Shown piece by piece: positions 15,574 to 26,731 of a stretch of DNA of 64,000 nucleotides. Position 1 is the first letter of the stretch, and every line of letters starts with the position of its first letter. Source of the stretch: Eledone cirrhosa (Eukaryota). The notes beneath the pieces are model-generated. The model made no database searches. It worked only from the letters and a program-made list of their open reading frames with translations, and was not told the DNA's origin. The stretch spans positions 335,420,001 to 335,484,000 of the forward strand of contig OZ024742.1 in assembly GCA_964016885.1 (NCBI GenBank). The letters run 5' to 3'. A program made the position numbers and the translations under genes.

Positions 15574-18500
15574 CGTAGCCTGAGCGCGTGTTTGCGCATC
15601 GTCAGCCACGGCACCCCCAGCCCTCCGTTTGAAGGCTGTTGGCAGCAGATGGATCTTATCACCAAAGGAACCCCCTTCTTCCAAAGGAATTGGAAGAGCG
15701 CGCGCTCCATTTTGGTGAGCGTTTTGGCTTGACAAGGCACGACGGTCAAGCGGTAGTAGATGACGGACGCTATAAAAGTGTTCACCACCTCCGCTCAACA
15801 TTTCAAGGATAGTTTGCACTCGGCCCACTTCTGGGTGAGTGCAAACACCTTGGCCGTCACCTCGTTCCAGTTCTTCTCTACCTGGAGGTCCGGACCAAGC
15901 CAGACCCCGAGCAGTTTTACCGGTCCTTTCGTCCAGCGTCCGACGACGCCATCGGAAGACATCGGTTTGCCTCTCCACGATCCGAGTTGCAAACCGATGA
16001 ACTTGTTCCGGTTCAGCTTCGCTCCTGTGAACCTTTCGTATTCCTTCAGTAAGGTGCCGACTTCCTCGATTTGCGAGGCGCTCGACACCATTACTGTCAC
16101 GTCGTCGGCGTAGACCGACGCCGCTTTCCGCAGTCCCGGTTCCAGAGGGATGCCCTGCAATAGCTCCAACTTCCGCAGTAGTGGCTCGAGAGTCAGTACG
16201 TACAGAAGGGAGGAGAGAGGACATCCCTGTCGAATGGATCGCGTGATATGGAACGGCTCCGAGAGGTAGCCGTTCACCTTGAACCTTGAGCAGATGTTGC
16301 TGTTGTGCATTGCAGCAATCCAGCCCCTAAACACGGGTCCGAAGCCTGCCGCCTCGAGCACCGCATCCAGGTAACGATGGTCAACTCTATCGAAAGTCTT
16401 AGACTGATCCAAGTTAATCAGGGCCCCACCGAAGCCGGATTTACACCCTACCCTCTCTATGATGTATCGCATGCGGTGGAGGTTGTCGTGTATGGACCTG
16501 GTCGGGATTGCGCATGTCTGCGCTTCTCCCACCAGGTTCTCGACGACAAGCGCCAGCCTCTTTGCCAACACCTTGGCCAAAATCTGTAACTCTGTGTTTA
16601 GCAGAGTTATGGGCTGGAAGTTGCCTATGTCATCCCGAGAGTCGCGGTAGGCTGTCGAGGTATGGACCGAAATCCATAGCCCCTCCCGGCGCGCCGCCCT
16701 GCCTAAACAGTTGAGAAAAGTGCCGCTGAAAGGCCGCACACATCTGCTTCGGCTCACGTATCACGCGTCCGTCTTGGTCCTTCAAAGACCGAATCGTGGA
16801 CTTGTCACTTTTTGCTTCCGTCACTCGGGCCCAGCTAACAGCTTTGGCTCCCTCGTTTCCCAGAGTACTTATTTTGCTTCTGACAACGCAGCCCTCGTCC
16901 AAGGCCGTTCTCGTTGCTAGTACGCTGGCTACGTTTCCACTTCTAATTGCCTCTTCTACTTTATCTACCAGTTCCTTCTCGGTCCTATTTCTATCTAACG
17001 CTAATTCTTTACTAAAAACTAACAAGTCTAATCTAACTGCCCTCTTGAGAGAGTACCACCATCTGTTGTTGACAATGGCCCCCGTCAAGTGCTGTTTAAC
17101 TAAAGTGCTAATCCGTCTACTGTAGGCTTTGCATGTCGGTAACGACAAGTTCAGCTTTCAGTAGCCGGGTCCTTGTCTATGGGTTCTATCAAGGTTGACC
17201 ATGCATGTCACTAGTTGTGATCTGAATAGGCAACCATGAACATCTGTGGACAGCTTAACATGTCCCTATCCTTATTTCTAACTAGAACCCTATCTAGATA
17301 CGATCTAGATGTTCCGCTGAGATTAGTCCAGGTCCACAGTAGCACAGTCAGAAAAATCTAGTCGATATCTATCGGCCAGGTCAAATCGGCTGATTAACTG
17401 TTTGAGGCTGTTACACCCCCCTTTATCGGGACATGCTCCCACATAGTTCCAACGTGCATCTAGGATTCCATTCCAGTCCCCCACCAAAAGCAGGGAGTGG
17501 GACGTTCCCAGAAAAGTCTCTAGACGTTTGAAGAAGTCTGGCTGAGGTGTTCCGGATGGGGCATATGCGGCCACCAGCCTGAAGACTCCACTTTCACTAA
17601 CGTCAACGTCCTGGACCACCAGTCGACCCTCCGGGTCCAAATGTATCGTCTGTGTTACGAGGTCCAGGTGTTTCCGCAGCAAAACGGCAACCCCGCCCCC
17701 ACCTTTCCGGCTGACAGAGAGATGCGTAGATCTCAAAGTCGTCGAAGATGGGGGCCAGCTGTCGCTCGCTGTGGATCCTGGACTCGCAAATGGTTACTAC
17801 ATTCATACTGTGCGACCTGAGGTCGTTTAAGAGTTTGCCCTGTTTCCAGGGCAACTCCAGGCCGCGTACATTCACACATCCAACTCTTTTATTGGCCATG
17901 TTGGTTCTGAAAAGTTAGAAGAAGAGGAGAAGGAAACACTCACCTCTTCGTCTCCCGGGGACCAGGCCGCACGATTTCCATGGGAGTGTTAGAGGGGTTG
18001 TCGGGTGGGTGGTGGTTTCCGGCGGGATGGGGACGGAGATGTTTGGTGGGGTGTCTGTGGTGAGGGTGTCTGCGGTGAGGGTGGGGAAACTTTTTAAAAG
18101 GAAGCGGTTAATGGATTTAACACAACGATTACCCACGTCCTTAGGAAAGTTTTCCTTTAAAGACTTATAGGTGTCCGTAGGGACCCTAATCATCTTTAAA
18201 TTAGGTTTGTCTACACAGTTCGAAAAAGTTTTCCCTTCGGTGAAAACCGAAGGGTCGTTGGAGATGACCACCATTAAACTTTTGTTTTTACTGTTTATGT
18301 ATGTGTAATGTTCTTGTGTTGCGGTGGTTTTTGTCTGTTGTTCTTGTGGGAGCTTTCGTTTTGTTGTAGATGTTTGTGTTTGGAGTGATGTCGTGGTTTT
18401 GTTTTCGGGACGGGGGGGGGGGGTTGTAATGTTTGTGTTGTTTGTGTTGGTGGTTGTATGTTTGTAGTGATGTTTGTTGTTTTTATGTTCTTGTGGTGTC

Positions 18501-19649
18501 TTTTCTTCTTTCTTTTCGAACGGAGAGGCTCTCCCTCATCGTCACTTGGTGATGATGTGGGGGCCTCGTCCGTTGTAGTGTCTGTGTTATTTGGAAGGGG
18601 TATGTTTTGGGGAGCTGTTGTGTTTGTGGGTGTTTTTGCAGTGGTTTTAGGTGGAGTGGGTTGGGTGGGACTGTGCTTGAAGGTTGGTTTGTTGTTTTAG
18701 TTTTGGTTATGTTTGCGTGTTGTTGTTGTTGTGGTGGTGGTGGTGGTGGTGGTGGTGGTGGTGGTGGTGGTGGTGGTGGTGGTGGTGGTGGTGGTGGTGG
18801 TGGTGGTGGTGGTGGTTGTGTTGTTATTTTGGGCGTTGGCAGTAGTGCCTCTTTTTTTGTAGTTAACTGAGGACAGTAAGCCTTCAGATGACCACTGCTT
18901 AAACAGTGGTAACATCAAGGCCACCTACCCTCAACAGAAATGTTTATGTGTGGAATTCCATCCAGAGGCACACGTTGGGGTATTTTAGCTATCCGTTCTG
19001 GCCTCATTTGGACCAGAACTTCCATGCTTGTACCATTGAATGTGCCTCTGGAGGACTTTCCCACCGAAATGATGGTGTCTTCGTCGAAATCGATGAAGCC
19101 AGTTAAAATCCACCAGACGTTTACATTTGGTGCAATGTTCGAAATTTTTATCTTTTGTGTTCTTTTTCCCATATATGTGGGGAAAAAGGTGTAAAGGGGG
19201 GACACAATTGGCGATACAGAATATTTTTGTGCTGTCAATTGGTCTTTCAACAATACCGAAATGCTTCCAAAAAGTTTCCCTTTTTGGATGAAGGCAATAT
19301 CCTTCATGGAATTCTTCAGAACCAGTTCAATGTCGTTTTGGGATAATTGAACTGGTTTTTTCGACACATTTGAAACCGTCCAAAAAATTACTGTTTTTAG
19401 AACAGTTTCTCTGCGTAACTCTTGAGGAGAAGTGATGCCGAAAGCACCACTCTCACCAAAAGTTACATACTGTTTTGCATCGCTTAACATTTCCCTAGCA
19501 TTGGAAATGTCAAGGTATGTGAACAGTTCCGTCTTTTGGACGGTTTGAGCAAAGGAAATCTTTTCCTTGTTCGTGGAGTTGTTCGTGTTGCTGTTGTTGT
19601 TGGTGGTGTTGTTGTTATTATTGTTGCTGTTGTTGTTCTTGTTGTCATT

Positions 19650-19685
<36 letters not shown>

Positions 19686-20095
19686 CTGGTTGGTGTTGTT
19701 TGCATGTTATTGGTGTTTGTGTTAGTGTTGATGTTACAATCAATGTCCGACATCGTGTTTTAAAACTGACGACATTGTTGATGTCTTTCAATGAGGTGGT
19801 GAGAGGAGGTGACTGCGAGCTTAACACTCTTACCGCCTCTCCACCACTTCTAGTACTGAACGCAGCGTCCATGACTGAATGCAAGGTTTGTTTACAATTT
19901 TTTCACCGGCGAATTTTTTTCCAAACGAAAATTTCACCCCAGGGAGGGGTGAAGATGACTTGAGCCACCGTCTGAAAGTCCAGACGTGGGGTCAAGCTAT
20001 AAAATAGTATTAAATTTAACAATAAATTTTTGATTTCTTACTTAGAAAATCAACAAAAACTTACCAGCGAACTGGCACACGTCTCAAGTAAAACA
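15574..20095 (-). mobile_element. Tx1-like LINE copy A, degenerate, 3' end missing
   Basis: ORF1 remnants; APE start MANKRVGCVNVRGL at 17899; RT motifs GCPLS and SVYADD; frameshifts. Confidence 0.9.
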
Positions 20096-20121
20096 GAGAG
20101 AGAGAGAGAGATAGTTTTGGT

Positions 20122-20655
20122 GATAGATAAATGTCTTTATTAGCCACAAGGGCACAAAAGAAGGGGACAAATACAAATAGGGAGTTTACATACAGGTATA
20201 TGAAAATAAAACTATTAATACAATAATAAATAACAATTGAAATCCCCAATAGGGGGGAGGTGTTACACAAGGGTTGTACACACCCCGAAACCAATGTACA
20301 ACCCTCATCTCCAGGAGCACCAAGAGTGATTACTCCCTTCCTCTCTTCCTCTTTTTCCTCAACCTACAGGCTTATAGAGAGAGAAGGCCGAACCACTCAG
20401 GACATTTTTGCCACATTCACCCACCTTTTATAAAATTTGCTGGGGTACAGCACCTCTCTCTCCATCCTGATTCTTCTTCCAAAATGATATTTGAAAAAAC
20501 GAATCAGTTGCTCGCCGGAGAGAAAGGTGTCTGACCTCAGCCCTTTTAACCTAGTCTACCATATAACCTCTTTCATCATAGCCATAACACATAGGAAAAC
20601 CGCCTCTCCCTCGTTTTTGAAGGGGGATGGCGGTTTGATCATGACAATGGATTCA
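20122..20655 (-). mobile_element. Tx1-like LINE copy B, 5'-truncated 3' fragment
   Basis: Homologous to the 3' end of copy C; AATAAA then (TATC) tail. Confidence 0.85.
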
Positions 20656-20727
20656 TAGATAGGTAGATAGGTAGGTAGGTAGGTAGGTAGGTAGGTAGGT
20701 AGGTAGGTAGGTAGGTAGGTAGGTAGG

Positions 20728-20818
<91 letters not shown>
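20656..20818. repeat. (TAGG)n(TAGA)n linker between copies B and C
   Basis: Seen directly. Confidence 0.95.
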
Positions 20819-21081
20819 GTTTCTTTTATTTGCCACTAGGGCATCAAAAGTGGGACAAGTACAAAGGGGGGAGTTTACACAAAAAGGCGTCCTCAATAAG
20901 GAGGAGGCAATAACAAAATATAAAAATAAAATAAGATATAACAAAAAATAAAATTTTTAACAAAATCCTCAATAGAGAGGAGGCGCCTTGGGGGGTCGCA
21001 CACACCCCCGAAAAAAGTGTGCAACCCTTTTCCTCAGGAGCACAGAGAGGGGGTGCTCCCTCGTTCCTTCCTCTTTTCCAC

Positions 21082-24000
21082 CTACAGGCTTATGTAAAGA
21101 GAAGGCCCATTCACACGGGCCATTCTCGCCACTTTCACCCACCTTTCATAAAAACGACTGGGGTGCAGCACCTCTCTCTCCATCCTGATCCTTCTTCCGA
21201 AATGATATCGGAAGAAACGGACCAGTTGTTGGCCAGAGAGAAAGGTGCCTGACCTCAGTCCTTTCAGACGCGTCCACCATACAACCTCTTTCGCCATGGC
21301 TATTACGCACAGAAACACCGCCTCTGCTTCATCTTTGAAGGGGGGAGGCGGCTTGATCATTACAATAGACTCGGTGGTCAACCGGATCGGTCCCACCCTT
21401 GACAGCAGTTGTTCGACACAGCCCCACAGATCGGCTACGCCCGAGCAGTGTACCAATGCGTGTGCAACGGTTTCCTCGTCGCACACGCATCTGGGACAGA
21501 TCTTTTTGGCGGGGTCCCTACCCGGGCGCCCGTGTCTGTAGAGCCTTTCTCGAACGGGTAAAGCCCCTCGGTAGCACTGCCAGGCCAGGGACTTCTGGAA
21601 GTTGTCCATAGGTCCCGGGCTGAATGTCCTACCGAACAGGCTGGCCAGTTCGTCCTCCTCCATGTCTAGGGCTTCTCCGAGGGCGTCGTCGCACCTGCTG
21701 CGTACCAGCCCTCTATAGAATGTTGCGGTGGAGTCTCCACTGATAACCGGATCCGCCTGCCAGAGGGCGGTGAGCGCCTGGGCACACTCAGTGTGCCAGG
21801 CGCCCAGTTTTCTCGGTCTTTGCTTGACCCAGGATTGCAGTTCGGTGAGTGAGACGAGTCTGGGAAAGGTTCGTCTCACAAACGAGGCCCACACCGGTTG
21901 TCCGGTGAGGAATACGTAGAGGTGCCGTAGCCTTAATGCGTGTTTACGCATCATTATCCACGGCATCCCCAGCCCTCCTTTCGAAGGGTGTTGACAGCAG
22001 ATGGATCTCCTCACCATAGGAGCCCGCCCCTTCCAAAGGAATTGGAAGAGCGCGCGCTCCATCTTGGTGAGGGTTTCCCTTGGGCAGGGCACTACGGTCA
22101 GGCGGTAGTAGATGACGGACGCTATATAAGTGTTCGCCACCTCCGCCCGACCTTTCAGGGATAGTTTGCAACTGGCCCACTTCTGGGTCAGTGCAAACAC
22201 CCTGTTCGTAACCTCCGCCCAGTTTTTCTCCACCTGGAGGTCCGGTCCGAACCAGACCCCGAGCAACTTCACCGGGCCCTCCGTCCAGCGTCCGACGACG
22301 CCATCGGAGGGCATCGGTCTGCCCCTCCACGTGCCGAGTTGCAAACCGATCGACTTGTCCCGGTTCAGCTTAGCCCCTGTGAACTTTTCGTACTCCTCCA
22401 GTAAGGTGCCGACCGCCTCGATTTCGGAGGCCGTCGACACCATTACTGTCACATCATCGGCGTAGGCCTACACCGTTTTCCGCAATCCCGGTTCCAAAGG
22501 GATGCCCTGCAACAACTCCAACTTCCGCAGTAGTGGCTCGAGAGTCAACACATACAGAAGGGAGGAGAGACGGCACCCTTGTCGGATGGACCGCGCGATT
22601 TTGAACGGCTCCGAGAGGTAGCCGTTCACCTTGACCCTAGAGCAGATGCGGCTGCTGTGCATAGCAGTGATCCAGCCCCTGAAAACGGGTCCGAAGCCTG
22701 CCGCCGCTAGCACCGCATCCAGGTAACCATGGTCGACCCTATCGAACGCCTTAGATTGATCCAAGTTGATCAGAGCCCCACCAAAGCCGGGTTCGTTCCC
22801 AACCCTCTCTATGATGTATCGCATGAGGTGGAGGTTGTCATGGATGGACCTGGACGGGATAGCGCATGTCTGCGCATCTCCCACCAGGTTGCCCACGACA
22901 AGCGCCAACCTCTTTGCTAGCACCTTGGCCAAAATCTGTAACTCTGTATTTAGCAGAGTTATGGGCCTGAAGTTACTTATTTCGTCCCCCTTGTTCTCGT
23001 CCTTCCTCACTAGCGTGACTACGCCCTTGGTCACAGTACAGGGAATTCTCCCGTTCTGTTGCCAGTTGCAGTAGACCGCCTCGAGGAGATCGGGGAACAA
23101 GTCCGGCATAGCTAGATATAATTCGTAAGGAAGACCATCGAGACCCGGGGATTTGCGTTTGCCGCATTGGCCCAGCACGTCCTCTATCTCAGCGGCCGAA
23201 ATCGGCTCCTCGCAAGACTTCGCCTCCCTGTCCGAGAGGCGCGGCAGGCCGTCGAGGTATGGACCGAAGTCCACGTTTCCAACCGGCTCCCCGCCCCTCC
23301 CGAACAGTCGGGCAAAGTGCCTTTGAAAGGCCTCACACATCTGCTTAGGCTCAAGAATCGCCCGTCCATCCAGGTCTCGCAAAGACCGGATGGTGGATTT
23401 AGTTCCACTGTTGGCCTCTGTCACGCGGGCCCAGCTAACAGCTTTGGCCCCCTCGTTCCCTAGAGCACGTATTTTACTTCGGACAACGCAGCCTTCGTGC
23501 TTCGCGTCGAAAAACTGGCTCAAAGCCGTTCTCGACGCTAGCACTCTGGCCACGTCGCCGCTTCTAATTGCCTCTTCTACTCTATCTATTAGCTCCCTTT
23601 CCTTCCTATTCCTATCCGCAGCTAGAACTTTACTAAATTCAATCGAGACTACTCTAATCTCTCTCTTTAGAGATACCCACCACCTGCTGTTGACGATCGC
23701 TCCAGTCAACCGTTCCTTAACTAACGTACTAATCCGATTCCTGTAGGCTCTACTTGCCGGCAAGGACAAGTTGAGCTTCCAGTAACCGGGGCCCTGTCTA
23801 TGCGTTCTATCAAGGTTGACCATGCAGGTCACCAACTTGTGGTCTGAATAGCCAACCATGAGCATTTCTGGACAACTTAAAAAGTCCCTGTCCTTATTTC
23901 TAACTAAAAATCTATCTAGGTACGATCTAGATGATCCGCTGCGATTTGACCAAGACCAGGTTGGCACCGTCGGAAAATCTAGTCGAAATCTATCGGCCAG

Positions 24001-24519
24001 GTCAAATCGGCCGAGTAACCCCTTGAGGCTGTTGCACCCCTCTCTATCGGGACATGCCCCTGCATAGTCCCAACGTGCATCCAGGATACCATTCCAATCC
24101 CCCACTAAAAGCAGGGAACGGGACGTCCCTAGAAAAGACTCCAGACGCTGGAAAAAGTCGGGCCGCTCTGTCCCAAAAGGGGCATATGCGGCTATCAGCC
24201 TAAGGGCTCCACCTTCACCACTGCCAAGGTCCAGCACCACCAGTCGACCCCCTGGGTCCAAGTGAACTATCTGTGTTGTAAGGCCCATATGTTTTTGCAG
24301 CAGAACGACAACCCCACCCCCACCTCCGGGCTGACAGAGAGATGCGTGCATCTCAAAGTCGTCAAAGGTGGGGGCTAGCTGTCGCATGCTGCTGATCCGG
24401 GCCTCGCAGATAACCATCACATTTATAGATTGTGACCTGAGGTCATTTAGAAGCATTGCTTGCTTCCAAGACGAGCCCAGGCCACGCGCATTTAGACACC
24501 CTACTCTTAGCACAGCCAT
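21082..24519 (-). CDS. Copy C ORF2 (APE endonuclease, RT, C-terminal Cys/His domain) with in-frame TAG at 22468-22470
   Basis: LNARGL, GDWN, YLDRF, SDH; KSPGLDG, FRPITLLN, KAFDRV, YADD; CPRC..HALVHC; ORF-track segments 22468-24543 and 21082-22452 are in the same frame. Confidence 0.88.
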
Positions 24520-26191
24520 GTTGGTGGTAAAGAGAAAAGGCACTTACCTCTCTGCGTCCCGGGAAACGGGCCGCTCAATTTCCATGCTGGTTGGGGATGG
24601 GTTGTTGGGTGGTGGTTTGTGGAAGTGAAGGGGCATCGGTGTGTTGTGGGGTTGGGGTGTTTGTCGTTGAGTGGGTGTCTGGGTGGGGTGGGGGGGGTGA
24701 AATTTTTTAGGAGGACGCGGTTGATTGGTTTGGCGCAGGGGGGGCCCACGTCCTCCGTGAAATTTATTTTCAGTGTTTTGTACAAGTGCATTGGGACTTT
24801 TATCATTTTCAAATGAGGTAGTCCCACAGCAGTTATAAAGTTTGGCCCTTCAGTTTGGACCGAAGGGTTTGCTGAAATTGTTTTCCGTAATTCTTTGTTG
24901 TCTGTGTTCATGTATGTGTATTGTAAGGTCTTTTTTTGTGTAGCAGTTAGTGTTGTGTGACAGGGAGGGGTGGTTTGTGTGTAGTTTGTGTTCTCTTGGG
25001 GGGGGGGGGGGGGGTTAAAGTTAACATGTGTGTCTGTGGTGCGTCTCCTCTTCTTTCTTTTTACTTGTTGGAAGGGATCTTTTTCGTCTTGCGACGAAAG
25101 AGGTTCGTCTTCCTTGTTGGGTGGGAGGGGTATGTTTTCTGGTAGTGTTTGCGGTGTGCGTGTTTTTGTATTTGTTTTGGGTGGGGAGGGATTGGGTGGG
25201 ACAGTATTCTGTGTTATTTTTTCACGTGTTTGTTGTTGTTGTTGTTGTGGTGGTGGTGGTGGGGTTGTTGGTTTTTGTTGTTGTTGTGGTTGTTTTTGTT
25301 GTTGTAGTTGGGGTGGTGTTGGTGTTGGTAGCAGCGTTTTTTTCTGTGTGAGCTGGGGACAGGCAGCCCTCAGGTGACCTCTATTGCCACAGAGGTAACA
25401 GGAGGGACGCCTACCCTCCACAATAATGTTGAGGTGGGTACGGTCATCCAGCATGACGCGCTCAGGGATTTGTGCGATGCGTTCTGGCCTTATTTGGGTC
25501 AGAACTTCGAGGCTCGTTCCACTGAACGCGTCGCCGGATGCCTTCCCTATTGAGATGAGGTTGTCCTCGTCTAAATTGAGGAAACCGGTTAGTAACCACC
25601 AGTAGTTTATGTTTGGGGTGATGGTGGTTATCCATATCCTCTGGGTTTTTTTACCCATGTAGGTGGGGAAGAAGGTGTAGTGTGTGGACCGAATTGGCGA
25701 CACAGAGTATTTTTTTGCCGCCAATTCGTCTTTCATCAATATGGATAAACTCCCATAGAGTTTATCCTTTTGTATGAAAGTGATGTCTCTCATCGCGTCT
25801 TTCAAGACTAACTGAGTTTCCGCTTGAGATGGTTGCGCTGGTTTCTTTGTTTTATTTAAAATTGTTCGGAATACGACAGTTCGTAATTCCGTCTGTCTTT
25901 TTAGCTCCGGAGGTGAATGTATAGAAAACGATCCGTTTTCGCCAAAAGACACATATTTCTTGGCTTTTTCCAGCATTTCTTTTGCTTTTGAAATATCTTC
26001 CAGCACATAAGCGACTGATAATTTAGCCGTTTGTGCAAAAGATATTTTGTTTTCGTTTTGGATATTAGTATTGTTTTGTTTCTCGTCGTTTGAGTTGTTT
26101 TCATCTTTGTTGTTGTTGTTGTCTTTCTCGTTTCGTGTGTGGATACTTGTGACGTTTGTGTTGTTGTTGTTTTTGTTGTCTTTATTGTTGC

Positions 26192-26222
<31 letters not shown>

Positions 26223-26402
26223 GTTGTTTTCAAATTCTTGTGTAGTTGTGGCTACATCTAGTGGTCGGTCAACAGGTGAAGACAATTCTTCCTGTCTCTG
26301 ACCTCTGCCTTTGGCATCTGCTGCTGTGACAGTGGCAGGGGGAAGCTGTGAGTATGACTTCCCCTTTCCTTCTTTGATTGATGGTGAAGATGCTTCAGCC
26401 AT
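24507..26402 (-). CDS. Copy C ORF1 (gag-like, CCHC zinc knuckle)
   Basis: Open frame (ORF track 634 aa, first ATG 26402); CYLCGNRGHLRAAC; overlaps the ORF2 start by 13 nt. Confidence 0.85.
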
Positions 26403-26623
26403 TTTTCTCAAAATAGGGTTTTTCGAAGTTTTTCGAAAGATAAAATGTTCACAATACTATTTCGCCCAAAGGCGCAGAATATTTTGAGAGACCGACCAGA
26501 TCAAAATTTGACCTGGCAGTCCCTCTACAAAATGATACAAAAATGAAAGTTTACAGTTTACAATTTCCGTATGAATTTAAACAAAAACTTACCGAGCGAG
26601 CTCAGCACATGTGTCCATCGTAG

Positions 26624-26651
26624 AGATAGATAGATAGATAGATAGATAGAT

Positions 26652-26730
<79 letters not shown>
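26624..26730. repeat. (GATA)n linker between copies C and D
   Basis: Seen directly. Confidence 0.95.

Positions 26731-26731
<1 letters not shown>

Larger units (their letters stand above)
20819..26623 (-). mobile_element. Tx1-like LINE copy C, full length (~5.8 kb)
   Basis: Intact ORF1; ORF2 broken only by one in-frame TAG; AATAAA and (TATC)n tail. Confidence 0.93.
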
